From: the human T2T-CHM13v2.0 reference genome, Homo sapiens
Reading direction: 5' to 3' (one strand)
Length of the DNA stretch: 64,000 bases
Assembly: GCF_009914755.1 (NCBI RefSeq)
Contig: NC_060933.1
Positions 1 to 16,032 of this stretch are shown here, piece by piece (position 1 is the first letter of the stretch; the number at the start of each line of letters is the position of its first letter). The notes beneath the pieces were generated by a model that made no database searches, was not told the origin of the DNA, and saw only the letters and a program-made list of their open reading frames with translations. The position numbers and the translations under genes were made by a program.

Positions 1-289
1 CTATATGGGGAGAACAGCATTCCAGGCAGCCAGTATAAAATCCCTGAGGTGGGGACAATGTTGGTGCATTTGCAAAAAAGCAAGGAAGATTTTTACAGAT
101 AGAACAGAGTGATCAAGCAGGGGATGGTGTGTCAAGAGAGGTAGGCAGGTAGAGGTAGATGTGGCACTGAGAGCATGTGGAAATTATCTGCTGCTTGCTT
201 CTGTTTCCTCAGCAAGAGGGAGGATGGGGCAAAAGGAATTGGAGATTTGAAGAGATGTTCAGTTAGGAAAGTGGGAGAGTAAATATGGA

Positions 290-470
290 TTTGAGCAAAG
301 TGTGATCCTTGGACCAGCAGCACCAGTATCATCTGAGAATGTGTTAGAAATGCACATTCTTGGGATCCATCCCAGACAGACATACTGAATCAGAAACTCT
401 GGGGGTGAGGGCGGACAGTCTGTATTTTAACAAGCTATTCTGATGTACAGAAAAGTTTGAGAGTCACTGG
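290..470. mobile_element. MER5A hAT-Charlie MITE
   Basis: ggaccagcagc...gttagaaatgca...tactgaatcagaaactctggggg...aagtttgaga. Confidence 0.75.
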
Positions 471-1685
471 ATTAGGGAGATGAGTATAATGCACTAAGGA
501 TCCATCCGAGCTTAGTGGTCTTAAATTTGATGTGAAAGCAGTCAGTAGATTGTGTTGAAGCAAAAAAGGGTTGAGAGAAGTGAATGTGTACAAAGGATTA
601 TTTTAAATGATATACCATAAAATCTAAGCTACATAAAGAAGTGAGGAGAGGGCATCAAAATTTGTGGGATATAGCTAAAGTAGTACTTTGGGGAAAACTA
701 TAGCAAATAAACTCAATGACCTCAGGTTTTACCTTATGAAATTAGAATACTAAACAAACAGCAAATGACACCAAAGAAAGTAGAAGAAATATCAGAGCAT
801 AAATCAGTGAAATAGAATAGAAAATAAATAAAACCAAAAGCTGGTTCTTTGAGAAGCTTAATTAAAAAAATTTTAAAAATAGAAATATCTAGCCAGACTG
901 ATCGAAAATTAGGAGGAGATATACAGATTACCAATATTAGGACTGAGAGAGGTAATATCAATGTGAATTCTACAGATATTAAAAGGATAATAAGAGACTT
1001 ATGGTCAACCTTATGCAGGTAAATTTGACAACTTATATAAAATGGATAAATTTAATGAACAGCACAAACCACCTAATCTCACTCAGGAAGAAATAGAAAC
1101 CTGAGCAGTCCTGTATCTGTTATAGAAATTGAATTTGTAGTTGAAAACCTTCCCACAAAGGAAACTGCAGACACAGATGGCTTTGCTATGGAATTCTACC
1201 AGACATTTAGGGAAGACATAGTATTAATTATATTCTAACTCTTCTAGGAAATTAAAGAGGAGAGAATACTTCCCTTCTGATTCTATAGTATAGGCACCAT
1301 AACCAGGCAAGCATATTACAAGTAAAAGTACAGACCAATATTTCTCATAAACATGGCTCTAAAAATACCTGACAAAATTTTAGCGAATGATCCAGCAATT
1401 CATAAGAAGAAAAACACATCATAACCAAGTAGGTTTATGGAATGCAAGCTTAACATTCAAAACTCAGGAAAACAGTTTATTATATTAACAGGCTAAAAAA
1501 GAAAACCATATGATCATTTGATTGCTGTAAATGAAAAAAAAATTTGAAAAAATCAAACATTTATTCCTGATTAAAAAAAAAACTCTTAGCAAACTGTGGA
1601 ATAAAAGAGATCTTTTCAACCTGATAAAGGCATGTGTGAAACACCTACAGCTAACTTCATGTTTAATAATTTAAGACTGAATGCT

Positions 1686-2567
<882 letters not shown>

Positions 2568-2898
2568 GGGTCGAAGGCGCCGCGGGCTGGGGTCGGTGGC
2601 TTAGGGAGCCCGTCCGGCCATGGTGGCCGCGGCTGGTGGTTGGCGCGGCTGCGCTGCGGCCCGGGGCAGTGCGGAGCCGGGACAGTCGCGGCGCTGACGC
2701 CCGCCGGCCCCAGCTGCAGATACGAAGCGGAGCCGCTGCCGCGACCGACCGCAGCCGCCGCCGCCCGACCGCCGGGAGGATGGAGTTCAGCGGGCAGCGG
2801 AGCTGTCTCAGTCTTTGCCGCCGCGCCGGCGAGCGCCGCCCGGGAGGCAGCGGCTGGAGGAGCGGACGGGCCCCGCGGGGCCCGAGGGCAAGGAGCAG
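2568..2898 (+). pseudogene. MAST2: Retroposed MAST2 exon 1 (CpG island) forming the SVA_F1 5' end; start codon reads ACG
   Basis: Frame from 2722 gives (T)KRSRCRDRPQPPPPDRREDGVQRAAELSQSLPPRRRAPPGRQRLEERTGPAGPEGKEQ, the MAST2 N-terminus; joins the SVA Alu-like domain at GAGCAG|ccgcctgcc; no CCCTCT hexamer. Confidence 0.9.
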
Positions 2899-2929
2899 CC
2901 GCCTGCCTTGGCCTCCCAAAGTGCCGAGA

Positions 2930-4345
2930 TTGCAGCCTCTGCCCGGCTGCCACCCCGTCTGGGAAGTGAGGAGTGTCTCTGCCTGGCCGCCCATCGTCTG
3001 GGATGTGAGGAGCCCCTCTGCCTGGCTGCCCAGTCTGGAAAGTGAGGAGCGTCTCCGCCCGGCCGCCATCCCATCTAGGAAGTGAGGAGCGCCTCTTCCC
3101 AGCCGCGATCACATCTAGGAAGTGAGGAGCGTCTCTGCCCGGCCGCCCATCGTCTGAGATGTGGGGAGCGCCTCTGCCCCGCCGCCCCATCTGGGATGTG
3201 AGGAGCGCCTCTGCCCGGCCGAGACCCCGTCTGGGAGGTGAGGAGCGTCTCTGCCCGGCCGCCCCGTCTGAGAAGTGAGGAGACCCTCTGCCTGGCAACC
3301 ACCCCGTCTGAGAAGTGAGGAGCCCCTCCGCCCGGCAGCTGCCCCGTCTGAGAAGTGAGGAGCCTCTCCGCCCGGCAGCCACCCCATCTGGGAAGTGAGG
3401 AGCGTCTCCGCCCGGCAGCCACCCCGTCCGGGAGGGAGGTGGGGGGGGGTCAGCCCCCCGCCCGGCCAGCCGCCCCATCCGGGAGGGAGGTGGGGGGTCA
3501 GCCCCCCCGCCCGGCCAGCCGTGCCATCCGGGAGGGAGGTGGGGGGGTCAGCCCCCCGCCTGGCCAGCCGTGCCGTCCGGGAGGGAGGTGGGGGGGTCAG
3601 CCCCCCGCCCGGCCAGCCGCCCCGTCCGGGAGGTGAGGGGCGCCTCTGCCCGGCCGCCCCTACTGGGAAGTGAGGAGCCCCTCAGCCCGGCCAGCCACCC
3701 CGTCCGGGAGGGAGATGGGGGGGGTCAGCCCCCCCACCCGGCCAGCCGCCCCGTCCGGGAGGGAGGTAGGGGGGTCAGCCCCCCACCTGGCCAGCCGCCC
3801 CGTCCGGGAGGGAGGTGGGGGGGTCAGCCCTCCGCCCGGCCAGCCGCCCCGTCTGGGAGGTGAGGGGCGCCTCTGCCCAGCCGCCCCTACTGGGAAGTGA
3901 GGAGCCCCTCTGCCCGGCCAGCCGCCCCGTCCGGGAGGGAGGTGGGGGGGTCAGCCCCCCGCCCGGCCAGCCGCCCCGTCCGGGAGGGAGGTGGGGGGGG
4001 TCAGCCCCCCCGCCCAGCCAGCCGCCCTGTCCGGGAGGTGAGGGGCGCCTCTGCCCGGCCGCCCCTACTGGGAAGTGAGGAGCCCCTCTGCCCGGCCAGC
4101 CGCCCCGTCCGGGAGGGAGGTGGGGGGGTCGGCCCCCCGCCCGGCCAGCCGCCCCGTCCGGGAGGGAGGTGGGGGGGGTCAGCCCCCCCGCCCAGCCAGC
4201 CGCCCCGTCCGGGAGGGAGGTGGGGGGGGGTCGGCCCCCCCGCCCGGCCAGCCGCCCCGTCCGGGAGGTGAGGGGCGCCTCTGCCCGGCCGCCCCTACTG
4301 GGAAGTGAGGAGCCCCTCTGCCCGGCCACCGCCCCGTCTGGGAGG
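2930..4345 (+). repeat. SVA VNTR (GC-rich ~35-50-bp units, G-quadruplex prone)
   Basis: Repeated gcccggccgccccgtctgggaagtgaggagc and gggagggaggtggggggg units. Confidence 0.95.
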
Positions 4346-4880
4346 TGTGCCCAACAGCTCATTGAGAACGGGCCAGGATGACAATGGCGGCTTTGCGGAA
4401 TAGAAAGGCGGGAAAGGTGGGGAAAAGATTGAGAAATCGGATGGTTGCCGTGTCTGTGTAGAAAGAAATAGACATGGGAGACTTTTCATTTTGTTCTGCA
4501 CTAAGAAAAATTCCTCTGCCTTGGGATCCTGTTGATCTGTGACCTTACCCCCAACCCTGTGCTCTCTGAAACATGTGCTGTGTCCACTCAGGGTTAAATG
4601 GATTAAGGGCGGTGCAAGATGTGCTTTGTTAAACAGATGCTTGAAGGCAGCATGCTCGTTAAGAGTCATCACCAATCCCTAATCTCAAGTAATCAGGGAC
4701 ACAAACACTGCGGAAGGCCGCAGGGTCCTCTGCCTAGGAAAACCAGAGACCTTTGTTCACTTGTTTATCTGCTGACCTTCCCTCCACTATTGTCCCATGA
4801 CCCTGCCAAATCCCCCTCTGTGAGAAACACCCAAGAATTATCAATAAAAAAATAAATTAAAAAAAAAAAAAAAAAAAAAA
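4346..4880 (+). mobile_element. SVA SINE-R (HERV-K env/LTR derived) with AATAAA (4843-4848) and polyA tail
   Basis: cccaacagctcattgagaacgggcc...gagaaacacccaagaattatcaataaa followed by an A tract. Confidence 0.95.
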
Positions 4881-5156
4881 GACTGAATGCTTTTCCTTAA
4901 GATCAAGAACATTCAGCTTTGTGCTGGAGTTTCTAGACAGTGAAATAAAGGAAGATAAAGGAAAAGAATTCAGACTGAGGGAAAAAAATTCAGGCTAGAA
5001 AGGAAGAAGTACAACTGTCTGTCTGTATTCACTGACAAAATGATTGTCTATGTAGCAAATCTTGTGGGATCTGCAGAAGAAATACTAGAAATTCTAGAAC
5101 TAATTAATCAATTTTGGAAGGTTGCAGGATGAAATTCAATTCATAGAAGTTAATTG

Positions 5157-5259
5157 TTCTAGCACTTTGAGAGGCCAAGGCAGGAGGATCACTTGAGCCT
5201 AGGAGCTGGAGACAAGCCTGGGCAACACAGTGAGACCTCATCTCTTAAAAAAAAAAAAA
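5157..5259 (+). mobile_element. FLAM/Alu left-arm fragment
   Basis: agcactttgagaggccaagg...polyA. Confidence 0.8.
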
Positions 5260-5714
5260 GTCAGTTGTATTTCTATATATTAGCAACAAGCAATTGAACA
5301 TTGACATTTAAAAATACCATTTGTAATAGCATCAAAAACATTAACTATTTAGCGATAAAGCTAATAAAATACATGTAAGATCTATACACTAAAAACTGTA
5401 AGACATTGCTGATATAAATTTAAAAGGCTTAAATAAGTCGAGATATACTGTTTTTATGGTTCAGAAGATGCAATATTGTTAAGATTGATAGTTTTCCTCA
5501 ACTTGATCTGTAGTTTCATTGCAATCTCAGTTAATATTTCAGCAAAGTTTTTAGTAGAAATTGACAAACTGATTATAAAGCTCTTATAGAAATGCTAAGG
5601 ACTTAGAGCAAAACACATTTAAAAGAGAATAAAGTTTTAGGACTTACATTTCCTGGCTTCATGACTTATTATAAAGTCACAGTAATCAAGACAGTGTGCT
5701 ACTGGTATAAGAAT

Positions 5715-6119
5715 TGTTGTTAAAGAAAAAACCTTAGACAAATTAAATTTAACAGAATTTAATTGATTAAAGAATGATTTACGAATTGGGCAGTACCTCT
5801 GAACCAGAACAGTTTCACAGAGGCTCCAGTGCAGCCATGTGGTGGAAGATTTATGGACAGAAAAAGGAGAGTGATGTACAGAAAACAGAAGTGTGAGGTA
5901 TGGAAACAGTTGATTGGTTACAACTCCGTGTTTGCCTTATTTGAAAACAATTTGAAAAGTTGGTTGCCTTTGATTGGCTGAAACTCAGTGATTGGTATAA
6001 GAGTGTGTTACAGTCTGTTTACACATCGAGTTAGGTTACACTTCTCTATGTAGGAAGAAACCTTTAGACTGAACTTCAAATATGGAAGGAGGCAGCTTTA
6101 GGCTAAACTTAATTTAACA
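5715..6119 (-). mobile_element. ERV1 solo LTR, MER57-like
   Basis: TG..CA ends; 4-bp TSD gaat; minus strand starts tgttaaattaagtttagcctaaagctgcctcc. Confidence 0.75.
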
Positions 6120-7781
6120 GAATAAATAAATCAGTAGAACATCATAGAGAGTCCAGAAATAGACTCACAGACGTATCTGGCCAGTTGATATTTGACAAAG
6201 GTGACAAGGTATTCAGTGGAAAAAGGATAATCTTTTCAACAAATGGTGCTTGAAGAATTGTATGTCTATATGCAAAAAGTGAATTTCATTTTATTTTTGA
6301 AAAATTTTTTTTCAATAAACCTTTTGCACTTCTAAAAAGTGAACTTCAGTCTATACCGTGTACCATATATAAAAGTTAAAACGGATGATAGGATTAATAT
6401 AAAACCTAATATTGTAAAATTTCTGGAATAAAACGTTGGAGAAAATCTTTGTGACCTTGGATTATGCAATGATTTCTTAGAGATGACACCAGCAAAATTT
6501 CATAACAGTAAAATTTGATCAATTGGACTTTAGAAAATTTAAGAATTTCTGCTCTTCAGAAGATACTATTAAGAGAATAAAAATACAAACCATTGGGAGA
6601 AAATATTTTGCAAATTATACAACAAAAGATTTGTATCTAGACTTTACACAGAACTCTTAAAACTCTGTACTAAAAAAGCAAGGAGCCAAGATAAAAAAGA
6701 TGGGCAAAAGATTTGAACAGACCCAAGAAGATATACAGATGACAAGTAAGCACACGATAAGATGTTCGATGTCATTGAAATGCAAATCAAACCAGAGTGA
6801 ATTACATCTCTATTAGAATGGCTAGAATTAAAAAGTCTGACCAGGTGTTGGCTAGGATATTAAGTAACTACAATTCTTATACACTGCTGGTGGAAATGTA
6901 AAATGGTACAGCTACTTTGGCAAACAATTTTTGCCCTTTCAAAAAGTTAAAAACATACACTTCCCACCTGACCTTAAGTGTTTGCCCAATAGAAAGGAAA
7001 GCAGCTGGGAGCGGTGCCACATGCAAGCTGTCCCAGCTACTTGGGAGGCTGAGCCAGGAGGATCACTTGAGCCCAGGAATACAAGGCTGCAGTGAGAGAC
7101 CTTGACTCTTAAAAAATTGAAAAGGTTTGAAGGACTAAGTTGAAGGCTAATTAAAAAAAGAAAAAGGAAAGCATGTATATGTATGAAGACTTGTATGTAC
7201 ATGAGTGTTCATAGCAACCTTATTTGTAAAGCTGGAAACAATCCAAATATCTATTAGCAAGTGAATGGATAAAATAATTGTGGCATATACATACAAGGGC
7301 ATATCTCTCAGCAATAAAAAGAATGAACTATTGATACACCCAACAATATAGATTAATCTCAAAATACTTATGTTGGGTGAAAGAAGCCAGGTCAAAAAAC
7401 AGATACCATATGATTCTATTTATTTGAAATTCTAGAAAATGCAAACTAATTTGTAGAGATGGAAAACAGATGAGTGTTTGCCTTAAGAGTGGTTGTGAGA
7501 TTGGGAGGGTGGAAGGGAGGAATTAGATGCTCTAAAGGAAACATTTTGGAGTGATGTGTATGTTCGTTTTTTCTAATCATGGTGATGGTTTCACGGCTAT
7601 TTATTACATGTCAAAACTTATCAAATTGTACATTTAAAATATGTGCAATTCATTGTATTTCAATTATATTCCAATAAAGGCATTTTTTAAAAAGTAAAAT
7701 AGGAAAGAACAGTATGACAAAAGGTAGCCAAGTTTGGACATATAACAGTTCACTAAGCAGATGCTGGTAGAAACCAAATAA

Positions 7782-8175
<394 letters not shown>

Positions 8176-10131
8176 TAGCTCATGATTTCTCTGTGGATTG
8201 CTCTATGAAACATGTGTTTTTACTAATACGTGCTATTATCATACTTATATGAGCTTGAAGACAAATTGGATGTTTCTTTATGATGTCTGAACTTATGCTC
8301 ATAGCTTTTCAAACTGTTTTCAGGGTCCGATTGGAAGTTTTATGATGTAGTTTTTACATGATGGTTATCACCAGAGCATCACAGGCACCAAGTATTTAAA
8401 TATCATTTTACAGTAACAAAAGCTTTATCGAAAACATAGGTGACTTTCAGGCTTTTAGGAATTCGTTGTTTTGAATTATCCTTGTGTCTCTTCTGAACAT
8501 TAATTTACCTAGGTTTGCCTTCCTTAGTGCTTGGTACATAAGTGCCCAGTGATTACAGAACTAATAATTATAGTGTAAGAGAGGCAAAATAGGCATGCTG
8601 ATTAGGAAAACAAATCCCAAATCCTTCAGTTCTTTGAGGCTTTTCCAGCAGATACATACGATTGCTGCAAATCATAACAGTGAGAAATGCTGATGTACCT
8701 TTTGGAGTTCAAAGACATTTTTGTACCAACTTGTTTCTGATAAAACAATCAGTAACTATATGGTATTAATTGAACCCCAGTAGATTATATTCATGTAATT
8801 GTTGTATTATTATAGCATTTAATTAGTATTTCAGTAAGTGCTGATATAAATACATCAGCTTGTCTCTTGTTCCTAATTATACAATATTGCAGGAAGTGGA
8901 CTAGTATAATAAAAGAGGGGCTTCAGTCCCCTTGGTGATATGTCATCTTAATTAAGATCAAGGAGTTCTTAAGTTTTGTGTGTATGGGAAAATGGCAAAG
9001 TGAAAGCAGTTCTTTGTCATTTTACACTGGGCTTGATGGATTAAATTGGTTAGTAGTAAGGAGATGGCAAATTAATTTGTTTTTGCATTTCCAAAACACT
9101 TAAGATGGAAAATAGAAAAGATAGAGGTAGATGGACATGCTATCTGCATATTACTGCTAACGAAATCTAATTCAGTCTTTAGCACTGGCTTTGAGTAGAA
9201 GCACTACCTTCAGTTGTAGATAAGACAATGAATGTGGTATAGTCTCAAATAACTAGAGGCCAAATGAAATTGATATATTGCATTAGTTCTGCATTATTTA
9301 TCATGTCTGATAAAGCAACAGCATATGCTTGATGCTTTTACCATCATCTACATGATACTCTATATTACTCCAAGTGAGTGACTATATTGGTCCTAGGTTA
9401 ACTTTCACAGTAAGAGCTGTGGTATTCTGTATAAATTAATATCCCCAAACTTAAACTATAGATAGGAGAGTGGCAGAAGAAGCAGAAGCACTGATTGAAA
9501 AGGAAGTGAAGAAACAGAGAAATGAACAGGGTGTTGAAACTGAGAAATCAATGAATTTTTCACAGTAATTATACACTGTAAGTGATTCTAAAAGAGGAAA
9601 TCCAGACCATCAAGAAAATACTGAATACAAATAAATGTTAATTTTTAGTTCCCAATAAGAACAAAGTCAAAATACAAAGAATAAAAATGGAAGCTAGAAA
9701 TACTGATGTCCTGAGTTTTCCTTCTAGGAATCCTTTTTAGACCATCTGTGGTTTGAATCAAGACAGCATATGTTGGTCCTTTTCAACATATGAAACATAT
9801 CCCCAGCACCTGGCATGCAGTACTTGGAAGTTAGGCGGTGCTAAATAAATGATTTCTTTAAATCTTTTTTTTCTTCATGATGTAATGTGTGCCATCTCCT
9901 TCTTTGTTTTGTTTTCTATTTCTTTAATTTCTCCTTTACATTATAAGCCTTTTCTTCTTGTTTCTTTTGTCGTGTTTTAAACTTGTTGGGTTTAATATTT
10001 AAACAATATTTTTCAATTAAAAAAATTTTCTAATAAAGGCATGTAAGACAATCCGTCTTCCTGGGTTCTTTGCTTTGCCTGTTTTCCTTAGGTTTTAATG
10101 TGTCAGTTTCTTGTATTTCTAAATAGCCTAT

Positions 10132-10452
<321 letters not shown>

Positions 10453-10854
10453 TAGTCTATATTAATTAGAATAATATTTTTTAAAGATTTTCTCTTAGAT
10501 TATCATGTTAATTTTTAGTTTTATTGCATTTCAGTCATAAATATGGCCTATATGATTTTTGCACTTTGGAATTTTGAGATTTTCTTAGTGGCATATTGCA
10601 TGATAACTTTTGAGAAATGTTCTGCAGGCACTGGAAAAGAATATATATTCTGTATTTGAAAAAATACATATTCAGGTTTAATTGTTATTCTGATTTTTAT
10701 ATCTGTCTTGAATTTTTCTTCTAATTTAGTTTTTTAAAAAAATCAATAGGATACATTCTCTTGTTATCCCCATTGTTAAAGTGCATTAGACTGATTACTG
10801 TGTGCCCTTACATGCCCTTAAATGAAATGTCTTTATTTTTCTCCACACACTTGA

Positions 10855-11234
<380 letters not shown>

Positions 11235-12169
11235 TAGACCACCTTTGCTATCCTCTAGTATTTCATGCTTCAGATAAGGGATCTTACTCTTTTTTAGTGC
11301 TTTATGCCTAATACTCCAGCAATAGTCACCCAGGTTTCACCTTGTCCTGTTTAATATCTCTTCCACCTCTAAGTAGCTCTGGGCCTGCTTTCCTTTCACC
11401 TGAGTCACATTTTATATCTGTCCAGTCACTGTGCTGTATAGATCTACCTGGTGTATACGCCTAGCCTGGGTCTTTGTTGGGGCCATGATTCTCTCCTCCT
11501 TGGTTTCATTCCAAGGATGTGATTGGCTTGATATATGCGATCATTCTCATTGCTTGCTTTGACCTTGGGTCCTGACCCTCATTGACCCAGTTGGGACCAA
11601 TTACCTTACTTTCACTTACCATATCTACTTATTTATGGCTCCATCCTTGGTTATAGTCAAAAAGCTCAGCCCCTTTACCCAGCCCTGAGACTAAAGCTGG
11701 GCAAGATGAATGTTCTAAAGTCCTAGTTGAGAAGGTCTCAGCTCAGTCCCCAGTGGGTCCTTGGAACAGCCCAGGATACCAGAGCAGGTGCTCATTCCCA
11801 TTGTGTCGACCCTAACATCTGACATCTACCTCTTGGGTTACAGCAGGTGAAGTAGAAATTTGAATCCACATGGCCCAGATTGCTTTTAGAATGGATAGTG
11901 GGAGTACTCTCAAGTTAACAGGTGTAGGTAGCTTGAATTATCAAGATACAGGGCTATGCGATGACAACTGGGCAATGTCATTTCTACCCACAGCACAGCT
12001 AGATACCATCATAGCACTCATCCTCACAGCCACCCCTCAGAAATGGATTTCTTGTTTGCACTTATGATTCCTTATTTGAGAAGTGGTATTACATTCAAAT
12101 GCTAGGGATTGAGGGTGGTTCCATTAGGATGCTGAGATTTTTCAGTTACCTGGAAATTGGTTGTGTTCA

Positions 12170-12412
<243 letters not shown>

Positions 12413-13554
12413 GCACCAACCGGTAGATATGTGGTTTTAGATTTGTCCTGGATTAAATGAAATTTAAACCATTTATCAGATCTGGTCTCTGGCCTAGAAT
12501 TTCCTCACCTTGTTTTATGCTTTTGAAAGTCCTGGGAAGAATAATCCTGAATTGGACTCAGATCTCTTGCTTTTACTCTTTGACTTCATGGGTGGATAGA
12601 CACTGTTTCGATGGGGAGTTATGTTCTCAGAAGTTACCACATGTATCAAATATGCCCCAAGTAGAGAATATACATAATATGCAAACCCCAGAAATGGTTT
12701 AAGACAGGACTCAAGTATGAGTTGATAACTGAGGGAACACTTAGGTTTGTAGGTGATGAAGCACAATTGCAGACTGCATTGTAGAGATTTTGAGTTATTC
12801 TTACTTTGGGGCCATAGTTTCCCATTCCCCTGACTCTCCCTGCTTACTCTCTCCACCTCCACATATACAAAAGGCTTTAGTGGCTCTTCTAGCCAACTAA
12901 TATACCCCTTCTAGTCGAGTTTCTAAAGAATGGTGTGTATGTGTGCATGCACCCCTCATCCCATCCTATTTCCTTTTGATTTCAACTATTTTTTTAAACG
13001 TTAACCATTTCCCATCTATATCTCCACATACCCAGAAGCCAACAAAATGCCACCAGTGGCACAGACGTTAAGAGTTCTGAGGGATCAATACAGTTCTGAA
13101 AGAGATTTGTGTGTGCGTGAGATTTGAGAAGGGGTTCTAGTTATGGTGCTGTTGAAATAAAATGTGGATGGATCCAAGGCCCAACCAAGGACATGTGAAA
13201 ACTGAGAAAACCAAAGCATGGGCTGTAGAACTGGACTGTAGGAATTGACTCTCTTTTGTGTATTGAACAGCCATTTACAAATTCATGGCTTTGGCGTGCT
13301 CCGCGCTTGAAGGGGGTCTAGTTTAGTGACCGGTTTCAGTTTATGCTATACCTCGGAAAATATGGAGCGACTGTGACTGAGAAAGCGGCCTTAAAAAAAT
13401 TGTAGTAAAATACATATAACATAAAATTTACTATCCTAACCATTTTAAAGTATACAATTCAGTGGCATTAAGTTCATTCACATTGTTGTGCTACCATAGG
13501 CTGCTTTCTTTTATGATGCTCTAGAAAAGTGAGAATTCTTCTTTCCTGACTAGT

Positions 13555-13718
13555 GCAGTGTTATCCAGAGATCTTTCTGTAGTGATGGGAATGTTCTCCT
13601 TCTGCACCTTCCAGTGTAATAGCCACTAGCCATCTGGCTCTTAAGCAGTTGGAATGTGGCTTCGTAAGGAACTGAATTTTTAATTATATTTAATTTTAAT
13701 TATTTTAAATTTAGCCAC
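13555..13718. mobile_element. MER3 hAT MITE
   Basis: gtgatgggaatgttct...tagccactagcc...ggaactgaatttttaatt. Confidence 0.7.
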
Positions 13719-14859
13719 TGTAGAAGAGGATTAGCAAGTCTTTAATGACCCTAGTGCAGCCCTGGAATCCTGGGGTTGCTGGTTCGCAGCGCCCTGATGC
13801 TTCCAAAGGAGTCAAGGCTTATCACTATGGTAAACTAGGGTTGCATTTTCTCACAGAAATGATAATATAATTCTGGTTGGCTGTGTTATCTGGGAATATT
13901 CTATACTTCTGCTCAGCAGAATAGGCTCAGTGAGATTCTTTTGAGTGGCCTGAGAACCAATTTCATTTTATATAGAACATTGTCTTTATGATATAAGATT
14001 TTCATTTGTATCTAAACCAGTTGATTTACCATCTTTGGACCTCCATCTCCTTGTATAGACTTGCCATGTGTTTCATTTCCCCAGAATTCCCTCCACAGGA
14101 GATTATAACACATTGTATTTAAGGCTTAGTACATGTTGACTCTTTAATTGTTGTGTCAGAGATGGTTGCATCAATGAACGTTTAGGTAGGTGTTCTGTGT
14201 AGGGATTAATGAGAGAATGTTTTTACTCTGCTGGCTCTGAGTTGACATTTAACATTTCATCTTCTCCTTTGCTGTGATTTCTCAGTCACCCTTACCCATC
14301 CTCTCAGGACCATAAACACTAGAAATACATTCTCTCCTGGAATCTATAGCACTTGACCTGCCTATAAGCATACAAATCTTGGGAAAATGAGAATATCCTG
14401 CAGTTTTCATTTATTCATAATGGTATGTTCCCAGTAATGGGGAAGTAGACTGATTCTGGGGACCACCAGTGGTCTGTTCATTGCTTGAATAATTTTGCTA
14501 TTCCTAATGATGCCATTACTCCTGCTTTATCGGTGTTTATTGCTGCAATTATTCATATATAAAAATAATTTTGTCTAGTACCTATTATATGAAGGGAAAT
14601 CTATTACTTAGTTCTTTTTTATGTAATTTTCTAGTCCTCATAGAATTTCATAATTTTACTTTCTCTGAATGAGAAAAGCCACATTGTGTCCTTGATTATT
14701 GTTACTGTTTTGCATACTTATTACATTGCATAACCAAAATATGAACAGACCCGCAATTTACTGAATCTGGGTGAGCATAGAAGAGGAGGAATAGGACAAA
14801 GGGATTCAGGGGCTTTTAGGGTTCTTGGAAGTGAAAGAAGTTGGAAAGCTTCATTTATA

Positions 14860-15065
14860 TTCTTTCTTCTTCTTCTTCTTCTCCTTCTTCTTCTCCTTCT
14901 TCTTCTTCTTCTTCTCCTTCTTCTCCTTCTTCTCCTTCTTCTTCTCCTTCTTCTTCTCCTTCTTCTCCTTCTCCTTCTCCTTCTCCTTCTCCTTCTCCTT
15001 CTCCTTCTCCTTCTTCTCCTTCTCCTTCTCCTTCTCCTTCTCCTTCTCCTTCTCCTTCTTCTTCT

Positions 15066-15104
<39 letters not shown>

Positions 15105-15113
15105 TCTTCCTCT

Positions 15114-15157
<44 letters not shown>

Positions 15158-15163
15158 TTCTTC
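14860..15163. repeat. 304-nt pure pyrimidine compound microsatellite (CTT)n/(CTCCTT)n/(CTTCCT)n
   Basis: No purine between 14860 and 15163; longest pure run (CTT)11 at 15055-15087. Confidence 0.97.
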
Positions 15164-15329
15164 GAGATGGGGTCTCACTTTCTTGGCCAGGCTAGGCTCA
15201 AAATCCTGGGCTCAAGTGATCCTCCCATCTCAGCCTCCAGGCTAGGCTCAAAATCCTGGGCTCAAGTGATCCTCCCATCTCAGCCTCCCAAAGTGCTGGG
15301 ATTACAAGCATGAACCACCATACCCGGCC
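15164..15329 (-). mobile_element. FLAM Alu monomer with internal perfect 50-bp tandem duplication
   Basis: 15189-15238 is identical to 15239-15288. Confidence 0.9.
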
Positions 15330-15402
15330 TTTATGTTCTTTATTCTGATATATTTCCATTGATGAATTCTCCCATTCCAATCATTGACTGTCAGTGGTCT
15401 TA

Positions 15403-16032
<630 letters not shown>

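Noticed and set aside
8300-8400. Possible cryptic exon after tgttttcag
   Set aside because: No convincing donor site or coding signal
14825-15313. Glu/Gly-rich ORF resembling RPGR ORF15, plus poly-Ser and poly-Phe frames
   Set aside because: Translations of a microsatellite grown from an Alu tail; no flanking RPGR homology
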